Shown here: positions 17,537-27,970 of the stretch, in pieces
Position numbering within the stretch: position 1 is the first letter of the stretch
How the letters are laid out: the number at the start of each line of letters is the position of its first letter
IMG/VR virus record: IMGVR_UViG_3300029705_000041
DNA from: a virus
Taxonomy: Duplodnaviria; Caudoviricetes
Strand: one strand, 5' to 3'
Length of the DNA stretch: 64,000 nucleotides
Notes under the pieces: model-generated
What the model was told of the DNA's origin: nothing
The model's database searches: none
The model's input: only the letters and a program-made list of their open reading frames with translations
Program-made: the position numbers and the translations under genes

Positions 17537-18589
17537 ATGCCATATTATTATAGTAACGAAATTGTATTCAGAGGGCATCCCGATAAGGTTTGTGACCAAA
17601 TAAGCGATGCTCTCCTTGATGAATTTTTAAAACAAGACAAAAATAGCAGATGTGGAATCGAAACTGTTGGTGGCAAAGGTAAAATCTTTATTACCGGAGA
17701 AGTTACATCCAATGCGGAAGTTAATGTAGAAAATGTTGTAAAATGTGTCCTTGAAGATATTGGATATAATACTGATTATGAGATTATCAATAATATCGGA
17801 CAGCAATCACCAGATATAGCACAAGGTGTAGATATTGGTGGAGCAGGAGACCAGGGAATGATGTTTGGATATGCTTGCCGAGATACTGAAAGATTTTTGC
17901 CGACAGCAATGGTTATTTTACAAGAGTTATCAAGAACTTATGATGCTCTTTGTAGAAAAGACAAAAGATTTTTACCGGATGGCAAAGCTCAAATTACCGG
18001 ATGTTATGATGATAATAGAAAATTATTATCTATTAAGGATTTTACGATTTCTTATCAGAACACAGAGGTTGAAAGAGAAAAAACCGATAGTATTTTAATT
18101 GAATATGCAACAAATATTTGCAAACGATTTGGCATTAATTTAATTGAAAGTTTCCATATCAATCCTACCGGAAAGTTTTTAATAGGCGGTTTTGATGGCG
18201 ATGCAGGATTAACAGGAAGAAAGATAGTAGTTGACAATTATCATTCATTCGCAAATGTAGGTGGCGGAGCTTTTTCGGGAAAAGACCCCACCAAGGTTGA
18301 CCGTTCAGCAGCATACAAAGCAAGACAACTTGCGATTGAATGTCTTACAGAACTGCCGGATGTTAATTGGTGTGAGATTCAGTTATCTTATGCTATTGGT
18401 ATGGAACTTCCACTCGGTGTATATGTAAGAACTGATAAAGGTGTTTTTGAAAGTAAATATTGGATTTACAATGAATGTACACCTGAAAGAATTATCGAAG
18501 ATTTGAAATTGAAAAATGTTACATATTATGAAACTGCAAAGTTTGGACATTTTGGAGATGAAAAATTTTCTTGGGAAAAGAAGGTGTAA
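17537..18589 (+). CDS. metK: S-adenosylmethionine synthetase
   Basis: GHPDKVCDQISD, GAGDQG, GGGAFSGKDPTKVDRS; AGGAG RBS before 17537 (frame also open from 17381). Confidence 0.95.
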   Translation: MPYYYSNEIVFRGHPDKVCDQISDALLDEFLKQDKNSRCGIETVGGKGKIFITGEVTSNAEVNVENVVKCVLEDIGYNTDYEIINNIGQQSPDIAQGVDIGGAGDQGMMFGYACRDTERFLPTAMVILQELSRTYDALCRKDKRFLPDGKAQITGCYDDNRKLLSIKDFTISYQNTEVEREKTDSILIEYATNICKRFGINLIESFHINPTGKFLIGGFDGDAGLTGRKIVVDNYHSFANVGGGAFSGKDPTKVDRSAAYKARQLAIECLTELPDVNWCEIQLSYAIGMELPLGVYVRTDKGVFESKYWIYNECTPERIIEDLKLKNVTYYETAKFGHFGDEKFSWEKKV

Positions 18590-18590
18590 A

Positions 18591-18809
18591 ATGATGGAAC
18601 AAAACTTTTACAAAGAAGCTTCCGAATTACAAGAAAAATATCAAGAGCTAATAGATAAAAGAAAATTAACTAAAAAAGCTATATGTGATTTATGTATTCC
18701 TTTTCGTGATAAGTATAATTTAACAGACTTGCAGACTTTAAGGATTGCAAGAAAAGAAATGGATTTATCGGAAATGGTAGTCCTTGTAAATAAAGGCGGT
18801 ACAGAATAA
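18591..18809 (+). CDS. hypothetical protein
   Basis: Operon ORF. Confidence 0.55.
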   Translation: MMEQNFYKEASELQEKYQELIDKRKLTKKAICDLCIPFRDKYNLTDLQTLRIARKEMDLSEMVVLVNKGGTE

Positions 18810-19147
18810 TGCCATATGTAGATACAGACTTATTAAAAGAGAATTTTATAAAAATGTTAAACGAATATGATGGTGTAACGGTGTCTCTTTCAAAAATTGC
18901 GGTAAGCATTGGTCAGGTTATTGCAAAAACTCCTGTCATGCAGGAAAAGTGGATAAATGTGAAAAATGAATTACCCAAAAATAATGAAAGAGTATTGGTA
19001 GCACTATCGCAAGATATAGCAATGACTTACACAAACATTGATACAGATAGAATAGAGAATGGTAAATGGGTAAGGTGGAATAAACGTGTAACACATTGGA
19101 TGCCTTTACCGGAATTGCCAGAAGAAAGTGAGGTGAGGGAAAGATGA
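18809..19147 (+). CDS. DUF551-like protein
   Basis: WINVKNELP...VTHWMPLPELP. Confidence 0.75.
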   Translation: MPYVDTDLLKENFIKMLNEYDGVTVSLSKIAVSIGQVIAKTPVMQEKWINVKNELPKNNERVLVALSQDIAMTYTNIDTDRIENGKWVRWNKRVTHWMPLPELPEESEVRER

Positions 19148-19416
19148 AAGTAGCAATTAATTTAAACACCATTACGGATATTGAAAAGTTTACAGCATTA
19201 GTACAAACCGTTAAATCAGATGTTCGTCTTACAGGCAAAGATGAAAACGGAAATGACTGGAATTTATCTGCGAAGTCTTTACTTTGTTCTATTGTAGTTT
19301 CGACAAAACTGCAAAAGGATAGAGAACATACGGCTCATGAAGTGGATTGGAATACTATCTATTGTGAGTGTGAAGAAGATATTTACAGTTTAATCCAAGA
19401 TTATGTTAAAGTTTAA
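19144..19416 (+). CDS. HPr-like protein
   Basis: About 90 aa, SAKSLL resembles HPr Ser46 region; His15 not evident. Confidence 0.5.
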   Translation: MKVAINLNTITDIEKFTALVQTVKSDVRLTGKDENGNDWNLSAKSLLCSIVVSTKLQKDREHTAHEVDWNTIYCECEEDIYSLIQDYVKV

Positions 19417-19568
19417 AAATAAGACAGAAAAACAATAAATAAAATGTTGTTTTTATTGTCTGACTAATAAAGTACCCTTATTTGAGGGTTAAATAAAGAA
19501 ATTTACGTTACTTATAAGGGAGTAAAAAGTTTTGTTAGCTTTTAAGCTCCCTAAATCGGAGGTTATTT

Positions 19569-20384
19569 ATGAGTGATAAAAACAACACTTCAATACAGCA
19601 TAGTTATGAGCTTGTTAATTTCTGCGAATTCGATAGATTTGCCGAACAAAGTTACTGCGCTGTACATGGAGTTGATAAAAACTTAAATCTTGGCGATATT
19701 ACAAAGGTTGACGAAACAAAATTAAAACCATTTAACATGATTTGTGGTGGCTCACCTTGCCAGGATTTCAGTGTTGCCGGAAAGCAAAAAGGAAGTGTTT
19801 GGATATGTCAAGATTGCCTAGATGACAATGGTATGCCCTTTGAGTACAATCCTTTAACTGTGCATTACACCAAAAGGAGTAAATGTCCTCATTGTGGCAG
19901 CGAAAATATAGACAAATCTAGAAGTTCATTACTTGTTGAATGGTTAAGAGTTATACAGGCTAATAAGCCAACATGGGGAATTTACGAAAATGTAAAAAAT
20001 ATCGTGGGAAAATCATTTGAAATGACATTTAAAATGTTTATAGATGAATTACACGAATATGGCTATAATACTTATTTTAAAGTTTTAAATGCTAAAGATT
20101 ATGGTATTCCTCAAAACAGAGAAAGAGTTTACTTAATTATTATTTTAAAAGAGTTTGATAATGGAAAATTTAAGTTTCCTGAAGGATTTGATAATGGAAT
20201 CAGATTAAAAGATATGCTTGAAGATGAGGTTGAAGAAAAATATTACATAAATACTCCTAAAGCACAAGAGTTAATAGATGATTTAATCAAGACCGGAAAA
20301 CTTGATAAGACAATCTCTAATACTGTTCGTGCAGGGGGGAGAGGTTCAGTAGACCGACATCAATGGGATATGGTTCAAGTTTAA
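19569..20384 (+). CDS. C5 DNA methyltransferase, catalytic piece (motifs II-VIII, Zn-finger insertion)
   Basis: CEFD, GDITKV, GGSPCQDFS, ENV, QNRERVY; lacks motifs I, IX, X. Confidence 0.85.
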   Translation: MSDKNNTSIQHSYELVNFCEFDRFAEQSYCAVHGVDKNLNLGDITKVDETKLKPFNMICGGSPCQDFSVAGKQKGSVWICQDCLDDNGMPFEYNPLTVHYTKRSKCPHCGSENIDKSRSSLLVEWLRVIQANKPTWGIYENVKNIVGKSFEMTFKMFIDELHEYGYNTYFKVLNAKDYGIPQNRERVYLIIILKEFDNGKFKFPEGFDNGIRLKDMLEDEVEEKYYINTPKAQELIDDLIKTGKLDKTISNTVRAGGRGSVDRHQWDMVQV

Positions 20385-20527
20385 TTAACACAGCTTTATT
20401 TTCTAAACAGTGCAGCAAATTCGATAAAGAAATTAATGTGGCTAATACATTACTCGCAAGAGATTATAAAGGTTTTGGAAATCAAAGTATGAACGGTGTA
20501 ATCCAATATCACAAAAAGATGGAGTAG
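20363..20527 (+). CDS. stand-alone MTase TRD-like peptide
   Basis: VANTLLARDYKGFGNQSMNGVI. Confidence 0.55.
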   Translation: MGYGSSLINTALFSKQCSKFDKEINVANTLLARDYKGFGNQSMNGVIQYHKKME

Positions 20528-20531
20528 CTTA

Positions 20532-21127
20532 ATGAATAAATTAATTCAAATAGGAAACATGAGAACTGATTCTGAAAATTTTAAAAATCCTCAAACTGGC
20601 AGAGTATATTCTATCCAAGGTCTTGCACCTACATTGAATACTTGTCAGGGGGAGACAGACAACCAAAAATAATAGTTAAGGTGGATAAAAAAATGAAAAT
20701 GATATGTGAAAGAAGAATGGATGAGGGATTGCGTACATTTAAAAATGATGTTGTAGGCACCATCAGAACCATAGATTCGGGGGGAGACAAAAGAGTGATT
20801 GAAAACAAAAAAGATGATAGTGGTTATCGTATAAGAAAATTGACTCCACTTGAATGTTGGAGATTAATGGGATTTTCTGATGAAGATTTTTATAAGGCTA
20901 AAGCTGCTGGAGTTAGTAATTCGCAATTATATAAACAAGCCGGTAATTCAATTGTTGTCGATGTACTTTATTACATATTTAAAGAATTGTATGATGCAAT
21001 GCCATATTTATTTGACGATTTAAAAGTTGGGAGTTATTTTTCTGGAATTGGAGCTTTTGAGAAAGGTCTTGACAGATTATATGAGGGTATTAATTCCGGA
21101 AATTTTATCAAACCGCAAGTAATATAA
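20532..21127 (+). CDS. C5 MTase second piece: TRDs + motifs IX, X, then motif I (-1 shift at G5 20648-20652; alternative start 20693)
   Basis: APTLNTCQG|GDRQPKI, RKLTPLECWRLMGF, KQAGNSIVV, then KVGSYFSGIGAFE. Confidence 0.8.
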
Positions 21128-21134
21128 CGAATAC

Positions 21135-21284
21135 TTGCGGGGGAGAAAAATCATAATTTATGATGATTATAATTCCAATATCAGAAAAGAACAAAATACT
21201 ATGGGTACTTTAACTACCAACATAGGTCATAGTTCTTTGAGGAATGCTTATAAAATCATCGAAACTAAAAGTAATAATGAATAA
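21135..21284 (+). CDS. stand-alone TRD-like peptide
   Basis: IIIYDDYNSNIRKEQNTMGTLTTNIGHSSLRNAYKIIE. Confidence 0.5.
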   Translation: MRGRKIIIYDDYNSNIRKEQNTMGTLTTNIGHSSLRNAYKIIETKSNNE

Positions 21285-21468
21285 AAATAACAATCTTAAT
21301 AATACTAAACCAGTTCTCGTAGGGGGACTTGGGAAAATCAACTTTGGAAAACAATATCGTCAAGGAAATAGAGTATATGATTCCAGAGAAATAGCAATGT
21401 GTTTAACGGCACAGCCTTTAGGTAATGCTGGTGGTTACAGTTATTTATATGTTGTTAAAGCAAGATAA
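21277..21468 (+). CDS. stand-alone TRD-like peptide
   Basis: QGNRVYDSREIAMCLTAQPLGNAGG. Confidence 0.6.
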   Translation: MNKNNNLNNTKPVLVGGLGKINFGKQYRQGNRVYDSREIAMCLTAQPLGNAGGYSYLYVVKAR

Positions 21469-21658
21469 CTATAGCTATGTTGCAGTTTTAAAATATCAAA
21501 GAACAGAATATGGAAAGCAAATCCGAAAGGCTTATGAATCTGGAATGATAAAAGAAAAGAGATGCAATATGCGAGAGGTAGTACCTCGGACAGATGGTAT
21601 TTCAAATACATTAACAACAGTATTAAAGGATAATTATGTAATTGAAAAACGGAGATAA
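21449..21658 (+). CDS. stand-alone TRD-like peptide
   Basis: PRTDGISNTLTTVLKDNYVIE. Confidence 0.6.
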   Translation: MLLKQDNYSYVAVLKYQRTEYGKQIRKAYESGMIKEKRCNMREVVPRTDGISNTLTTVLKDNYVIEKRR

Positions 21659-22183
21659 ATGAAAATGGAAAATATACGAAAAGATTTAATTGATAAAGAG
21701 TTGAAAAGAGGTAATAAATCTTCACAATTTCATTATCAAAAATTGTCTAATAAATTTTTGGATTGGCTATTCAGACATTATTATACTCTTGAATTAACTG
21801 AACATTTTTATGATAGTGAACCGGATATACCGGTTGAATGGCAAGAGAGAAATGAAACTGGATATATTTGGGATGACAAAGAGTTTAGAAAACTTTGGCG
21901 AAAATTATGCGAAGAACATGAAGAAAAAAGAATTCAATTTTGTAATTGGATAGAAGTATTTGGCAGAGGTATTTGGTTTATGAGCCAAAAAACTGTAGAT
22001 AAGATTTCTAAAGATTATTTAAAAAGAATTCGTTCAGTTCCAATAAAGCGTAGAAAAGAAAGAATTTATTTGGCACAGGAAAAAGATTACATTTTCATTT
22101 ATTGGTATTGCAGAGACATTGAAAAGATAGACATTTGGTGGATTATGAAAAAGAAAACAAGTGAAAGAAGGAGAAAAGAATGA
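21659..22183 (+). CDS. hypothetical protein
   Basis: 174-aa ORF with RBS. Confidence 0.6.
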   Translation: MKMENIRKDLIDKELKRGNKSSQFHYQKLSNKFLDWLFRHYYTLELTEHFYDSEPDIPVEWQERNETGYIWDDKEFRKLWRKLCEEHEEKRIQFCNWIEVFGRGIWFMSQKTVDKISKDYLKRIRSVPIKRRKERIYLAQEKDYIFIYWYCRDIEKIDIWWIMKKKTSERRRKE

Positions 22184-22407
22184 GAGACACAAAGACTTCA
22201 AAAACTAAAAAAGTGCTACAGCATTTACAAAAGTATGGTTCTATCACAAGTTGGGAAGCCATCAATAAATATGGTGCAACAAGATTAAGTGCTATAATTT
22301 TTAATCTTCGTAAAAAGCATCGCATTGAAAGTGTAAGTCAGATTTTTACTGACCGATATAAAAATCAGTCTACTTTTGCAAAATACATATATTGTGGAGA
22401 AAGATAA
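22180..22407 (+). CDS. winged helix-turn-helix protein
   Basis: ITSWEAINKYGATRLSAIIFNLR. Confidence 0.75.
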   Translation: MRDTKTSKTKKVLQHLQKYGSITSWEAINKYGATRLSAIIFNLRKKHRIESVSQIFTDRYKNQSTFAKYIYCGER

Positions 22408-22428
22408 ATAAATAGGAGGAATTTAACT

Positions 22429-22974
22429 ATGAAATGGAAATTGACACTAATTATCGTATGCATTGTAATTGCCGTTGTTTTGGCTTTTATATTTGGGTTC
22501 CAGGGAGTTCAAAATAAGGCAATATCATTTGAAGAACAGATAAGTACAGCACATTCAGAAATAAAAGTACAAGAAAAGCGCAGAGCTGATTTATTACCTA
22601 ATTTGGTTGATTGTGTAAAAGCTTATGATGAACATGAATATCAAACTTTGATGGATGTTATTAACGCAAGAGGCACAATATCAGATGCATCTGTTAATGA
22701 AATCCAAACAATGATAAATGCAGTTGCAGAAGCTTATCCGGATTTAAAAAGTAGCGATAATTATAAAGAGTTAATGAATGAACTTGCAACCACAGAAAAT
22801 TTAATTGCAAATTACAGAAGCAACTACAATAGTTGGGTTAAAAAATATAATCAACATATACGTAAGTTTCCTAATAAACAGATTTTGGGTTGTTTAGGAT
22901 ATGAAGATGCAAATTATACATACTTAGATTATAATGTATCATCTGATGCACCAACAAATTTATTTGATAAATAA
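22429..22974 (+). CDS. lemA: LemA family protein
   Basis: TM anchor, RRADLLPNLV, EAYPDLKS, TENLIA..R..YN. Confidence 0.85.
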   Translation: MKWKLTLIIVCIVIAVVLAFIFGFQGVQNKAISFEEQISTAHSEIKVQEKRRADLLPNLVDCVKAYDEHEYQTLMDVINARGTISDASVNEIQTMINAVAEAYPDLKSSDNYKELMNELATTENLIANYRSNYNSWVKKYNQHIRKFPNKQILGCLGYEDANYTYLDYNVSSDAPTNLFDK

Positions 22975-22984
22975 AGGTGCTGCT

Positions 22985-23716
22985 ATGGAAATAACAAAAA
23001 GAGAAGTTTTATTTAGTATCATCATTATTAGTATAATGCTTTTATTTGGTTTTGTTATATCGGATAATATTAATGATTCTTTAATGAACGAACAGCAAAA
23101 ATATAATACAGCATTGCAAGTTAATGAAGATAAAGATTTATTTCAATACGGTATGCGTACTAATGTCGGAAATGCTTTTGTATATGGACATTTAAAAGCT
23201 TTAGACACAGTATCATATGAAGAATTATCGGATGATTATTCATATGTAAAAAAAGTAAAAGAGCGATATACTAGGCATACACGTACAGTAACAAAAACCA
23301 AAACAGTCAATGGTAAAACAAAAACATATACAGATACAGAGGTCTACTGGACTTGGGATGAGATAGATAGTTGGTCAAAAAAGTCAAAAAAAATATCTTT
23401 TCTTGATGTAGAATTTGAATATGAATCTATTCCATTTCCTGCAAGTAGTTACATTACAACGATAAGAGAATCATCTCGCATTAGGTATGTTTATTACGGA
23501 ACAGGTAAAGAGTTTAAAGGGACATTATATACACAGTTAAAAAACAACACCATAAATGAAACAAAATTTTATCTAGACAAAACAATAGAAGAAACTTTAG
23601 ATTATCTTAAATCAAATGTTAAACTTGTTTTATTCTGGACAATATGGATTATATTAATCATAGCCGCAGTTGTTATATTTTATTATATTGACAACAGATG
23701 GCTTGAAGATAAATAA
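22985..23716 (+). CDS. membrane protein (N- and C-terminal TM helices)
   Basis: Hydrophobic ends; follows LemA. Confidence 0.7.
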   Translation: MEITKREVLFSIIIISIMLLFGFVISDNINDSLMNEQQKYNTALQVNEDKDLFQYGMRTNVGNAFVYGHLKALDTVSYEELSDDYSYVKKVKERYTRHTRTVTKTKTVNGKTKTYTDTEVYWTWDEIDSWSKKSKKISFLDVEFEYESIPFPASSYITTIRESSRIRYVYYGTGKEFKGTLYTQLKNNTINETKFYLDKTIEETLDYLKSNVKLVLFWTIWIILIIAAVVIFYYIDNRWLEDK

Positions 23717-23736
23717 TAAGAAAGAGGTAAAGTATT

Positions 23737-24348
23737 ATGAATGAAATGTTTAATGGAATGTTTGGCAAAGTGGCTAACGGTATGTGCCGTTTGTCTATGA
23801 ATGGTGGAATTGCAGTAAAAACTACAAACGGTTATAAAACTTATGATTTGAAAAAGAATAGACTGACAAATTGTAATAATTTTGTATTCAATATTGGAGA
23901 GGAATTCTTTTTCGTAATTCCTACAAATAAAGTTGAACCTGGCGATATTATTATAGTTTCCGGAAAACCAAAATGTGTAATTTCAAGTGATAAGTCAACA
24001 ATTACAGTAATTAATTATGAAGATTCTGTTGTAGAAAATATCCTTCCGGAACGTCATGTGTTTATGGGAAATACATATTTTTATGGCAAAATCGTGTCAA
24101 TGTTTGGTTCTAATTTCATGAAAGGCAAAAAAGGTATGAGTAAAATGATGTCATATATGATGATGTCTGAAATGATGAAAGGTTCCGGAACTCATAATGA
24201 TAACTCTAACAATATGTTTGCAAATATGGCTATGATGTCAATGTTTGGTGGAAATGGTTTCTCTGATATGTTTGATGGCGTTTTTGAATTTGCAGAAAAC
24301 GAAGATGAAACCAATGACGAAGAAAATGTAGATAATACGGAGGAATAA
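23737..24348 (+). CDS. hypothetical protein with Met/Gly-rich tail
   Basis: ORF with RBS. Confidence 0.7.
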   Translation: MNEMFNGMFGKVANGMCRLSMNGGIAVKTTNGYKTYDLKKNRLTNCNNFVFNIGEEFFFVIPTNKVEPGDIIIVSGKPKCVISSDKSTITVINYEDSVVENILPERHVFMGNTYFYGKIVSMFGSNFMKGKKGMSKMMSYMMMSEMMKGSGTHNDNSNNMFANMAMMSMFGGNGFSDMFDGVFEFAENEDETNDEENVDNTEE

Positions 24349-24352
24349 GATT

Positions 24353-25213
24353 ATGGGATATGGTTCGTGGTCAAGTAAAGATTTTACAGAGTATTCAACC
24401 TCTGTTCGTGGCAGAAGTGTTACAAAAGACGGTACATTGTGTTCGTCTTATAGTGTTCAAGATTTGTTTACTTCAAAATATATTCAGCCAGAGTTGAATC
24501 CTCATAATGTTATTCGTGAATGCTGTGATTCTACAGACCATCCAAATACAATTCCGGTTATTTTGGCTTTGGATGTTACTGGAAGTATGGGAAGTGCCGC
24601 AGCGGAAGTAGCAAAGAAATTGAATACAGTCATGACTAAGTTGTATAAGAAAGTTGCCGACATTGAATTTATGGTTATGGGAATCGGCGATTTAGCATAT
24701 GATAGCGCTCCGATTCAGGCATCACAGTTTGAGGCTGATATAAGAATTGCAGAACAGCTTGACAAGATTTACTTTGAAGCTGGTGGCGGCGGCAATAATT
24801 ACGAATCTTATACGGCTGCATGGTACTTTGGATTACGCCATACAAAGCTTGATTGTTGGGAAAGAGGTAAAAAGGGAATTATAATCACAATGGGTGATGA
24901 GCCTTTAAATCCATATCTTCCCAAAAATCCTTTGAGTGCAGTTACCGGAGATTCTTTGCAGGGCGATGTAGAAACAGAAAGTTTATATAAAGCTGCTTCG
25001 GATAAATTTGATATTTACCATTTAGCAGTAAATGATAGTGCAACAAGTTATCGTTGGTATGATAAGAGCATTAAAGATAGTTTTGGAAAATATTTAGACG
25101 AAAATCATCTTATTACAGTTTGTCTTGATAATATAGCAAATACTATTGTAAATATTGTATGTAAAGCAAAAGATGAAGCAGTGGTAAGTACAAATACAGA
25201 AATTTCTTGGTGA
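24353..25213 (+). CDS. vWA domain protein
   Basis: MIDAS-like DVTGSM, GGGGN..ESY, MGDE. Confidence 0.8.
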   Translation: MGYGSWSSKDFTEYSTSVRGRSVTKDGTLCSSYSVQDLFTSKYIQPELNPHNVIRECCDSTDHPNTIPVILALDVTGSMGSAAAEVAKKLNTVMTKLYKKVADIEFMVMGIGDLAYDSAPIQASQFEADIRIAEQLDKIYFEAGGGGNNYESYTAAWYFGLRHTKLDCWERGKKGIIITMGDEPLNPYLPKNPLSAVTGDSLQGDVETESLYKAASDKFDIYHLAVNDSATSYRWYDKSIKDSFGKYLDENHLITVCLDNIANTIVNIVCKAKDEAVVSTNTEISW

Positions 25214-25219
25214 TGAATT

Positions 25220-26425
25220 ATGAATAAAGTTGATATTAAAATTGTTATAGGTAGTAATTATGGAGATGAAGGAAAGGGTCTAGCCACTCATTATTTTTCT
25301 CAAAATGCTAAAAGAGAATGTAAAAAATGCTTAAACGTAATGTTTAACGGTGGTTGTCAAAGAGGGCATACTGTTGAATTAAAGAATAACACAAGACACG
25401 TTTTCCATCATTTTGGTTCAGGAACTTATGATTCTGCTCATACATATTTTGATAGTAACTTTATGGTGAATCCGATATTTTTTATAAAAGAATATGTAGA
25501 ACTTTACAATTCGGGAATAAATCCAACTTGTTTTATATCTCCGGATTGTAGAGTTTCTACACCATATGATATGCTTATAAACCAGGTTGTTGAGAGAGAA
25601 AGAAATAAAAACAAACATGGTTCTTGTGGATTTGGCATATATGAAACACAGCAGAGATATAAAAATAGTAAATATAATTTAACATTTTCTCAAATGGTTA
25701 ATTGCACAAATGAAGAATTAAAAACATATTTAACCAATATCGCAAATGATTATGTATATAAAAGAATTAAAGAATATAACATAAAGTGTGTTTCAAATGA
25801 AATTAAGCTTATATTAAATTCTGAAATATTAATAACAAACTTTATTAATGATTTCAGAGAAATGGTTTCTATTGTTCATCAGAAGCAATTTGAAGAATTA
25901 ATGCATAGTTATAATGTTATTATTTTTGAAGGTGCGCAAGGTTTAGAGTTAGATGAGGATAATATTAAAGGATTACCACATTTAACACCTAGCAAAACTA
26001 CTTCGCAGCTACCTTTAAAAAGAGTTCAGAATTTACAAAATAAAAACATTGAAGTGTGTTATATTACAAGGTCATATTTCACGAGACATGGTGCCGGTAA
26101 ATTTCCTACAGAATGCAATAAAAGTTGTATTAATAATTGCATTGAAGATATAACAAATGTAAACAATGAATTCCAAGAATCTATACGATATGGATTGTTT
26201 GACAAAATAGAATTTGCAAACAGAATTACCACTGATACAAGTATATCAAAACAAATATATACGGACTATACAACATCAGTATTTGTTACGCATCTTAATT
26301 ACACTAATGGAGATTTAGCAGGAAATTGTACTTTGAATGATATAATAAATATGTTCGATAAAGCATATCTTTCTGATTCTAAATATTCGGAAGATGTGAA
26401 AATGGAGGAAAACAAATGGCGATAA
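25220..26425 (+). CDS. adenylosuccinate synthetase-like protein (divergent PurA)
   Basis: GDEGKG, GHTV, GSCGFG, FEGAQG, TRHGAG. Confidence 0.8.
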   Translation: MNKVDIKIVIGSNYGDEGKGLATHYFSQNAKRECKKCLNVMFNGGCQRGHTVELKNNTRHVFHHFGSGTYDSAHTYFDSNFMVNPIFFIKEYVELYNSGINPTCFISPDCRVSTPYDMLINQVVERERNKNKHGSCGFGIYETQQRYKNSKYNLTFSQMVNCTNEELKTYLTNIANDYVYKRIKEYNIKCVSNEIKLILNSEILITNFINDFREMVSIVHQKQFEELMHSYNVIIFEGAQGLELDEDNIKGLPHLTPSKTTSQLPLKRVQNLQNKNIEVCYITRSYFTRHGAGKFPTECNKSCINNCIEDITNVNNEFQESIRYGLFDKIEFANRITTDTSISKQIYTDYTTSVFVTHLNYTNGDLAGNCTLNDIINMFDKAYLSDSKYSEDVKMEENKWR

Positions 26426-27195
26426 TAGGTTCGATAATAGGTGATATTATCGGTTCTCAATATGAATTCAAATTACCAGACAATTTTAATCCGAAAAATG
26501 CAGAACTTTTTTCTGATAAATGTAGATTTACCGATGACACTGTAATGAGTTTAGCTACAAAATATGCAATTATTAATAATAAATCATTTGCAGAATCATA
26601 TCAATTGTTTGGACGTAAATATGAAGAAGTAGGATATGGTGGATTTTTCAGAGCTTGGATTTTTGAAGATAATCCACTTCCATACGGAAGTTTTGGAAAT
26701 GGTTCAGCTATGAGAGTTTCTTATGTTGCAGACCATTTTAAAAGCCAAAAAGCTGTTATTGAATACGCACGAAAATCAGCAGAATGCACACATAATCATG
26801 CTGAAGGTATAAAAGGTGCAGTAGCAACCGCAATGTGTATATGGATGGCTAAAAAAGGATATACAAAAGCTGATATATATGATTATGCTATAAAGCAATA
26901 TCCGGCAACTGATTATATGTACAGTCCTGAATATAGTATTGATTCCATCAAAGAAAAATACAAATGGAGTGATACTTGTCAAGATAGTGTTCCTGTAGCG
27001 ATAAGATGTGTCCTTGAAGCAGATAATTATATTGAATTTATAAGAAATGTATTTAAACTAAAATGTGATATGGACACGATATGTGCTATCGGCGGAGGAA
27101 TAGCAGAGGAACTGTTTGGTACAACAGGACTTGATAATGATGCTGTTTTAAAACAATATTTAACAGAAGATTTATATAAACTTTGTATGAATTAA
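26416..27195 (+). CDS. ADP-ribosylglycohydrolase
   Basis: GDIIGS, FTDDT, GNGSAMR, DMDT. Confidence 0.9.
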   Translation: MAIIGSIIGDIIGSQYEFKLPDNFNPKNAELFSDKCRFTDDTVMSLATKYAIINNKSFAESYQLFGRKYEEVGYGGFFRAWIFEDNPLPYGSFGNGSAMRVSYVADHFKSQKAVIEYARKSAECTHNHAEGIKGAVATAMCIWMAKKGYTKADIYDYAIKQYPATDYMYSPEYSIDSIKEKYKWSDTCQDSVPVAIRCVLEADNYIEFIRNVFKLKCDMDTICAIGGGIAEELFGTTGLDNDAVLKQYLTEDLYKLCMN

Positions 27196-27217
27196 AGTAA
27201 CCAGAAAGGAATATATA

Positions 27218-27970
27218 ATGAATAATATAATTTACACTCCCCCCGACATAAATGATAGGATAAAATTGTTCAATAAGGATTGTTTAGAGCAAATGAAATT
27301 AATACCGGATGAAAGTATTGATTTAATTGTAACCGACCCACCATATAGAACAACATCAAGAGGGAATGCCGGAAATAGTGGTGGAATGTTACAGAAAGAT
27401 ATAAATAAAAAAGGTCAAGTATTTGCTTTTAATAATATAAATTGCGATGAATATGCTCCTGAATTTTACAGGATTTTGAAAGATGGCAGCCATTGTTATG
27501 TTATGACAAATCATGTGAATTTAATACATATGTTAAATGTTTTTACAAATAGTGGTTTTCATTTTATAAAGTCTTTGATATGGGATAAGGGAAATAAAAT
27601 TATGGGGCAATATTATATGTCGCAGTTTGAATATATTTTATTTTTTAGAAAAGGTAAAGGTGTACGAATAAACAATTGTGGAACAAGTGATATATTAAAA
27701 GTTCCTAATATAAAAACAAAAAATTTTGAGGGTAAAAATTTACATGATACCGAAAAACCTGTTGAACTTATGGAGATATTAATAGCTAATTCCTCAAAAG
27801 AAAATGGCACTGTATTAGACCCTTTTATGGGGATTGGAAGTACCGGAATCGCTTGTAAAAATCTAAATCGGTTGTTTATAGGAATTGAGATAGATAAGGG
27901 TTATTATAATGAAACACAAAAAAGATTAATAAATAATTCAGAAAAAGTATTGACAAATGACATAAAATGA
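27218..27970 (+). CDS. N4/N6 DNA methyltransferase (beta class)
   Basis: DPPY, HDTEKP, DPFMGIGST. Confidence 0.9.
   Translation: MNNIIYTPPDINDRIKLFNKDCLEQMKLIPDESIDLIVTDPPYRTTSRGNAGNSGGMLQKDINKKGQVFAFNNINCDEYAPEFYRILKDGSHCYVMTNHVNLIHMLNVFTNSGFHFIKSLIWDKGNKIMGQYYMSQFEYILFFRKGKGVRINNCGTSDILKVPNIKTKNFEGKNLHDTEKPVELMEILIANSSKENGTVLDPFMGIGSTGIACKNLNRLFIGIEIDKGYYNETQKRLINNSEKVLTNDIK

Noticed and set aside
25220-26425. PurZ / 2-aminoadenine genome
   Set aside because: Has the PurA-type GDEGKG aspartate rather than the PurZ-type serine; dedicated Z-pathway partners were not recognised.
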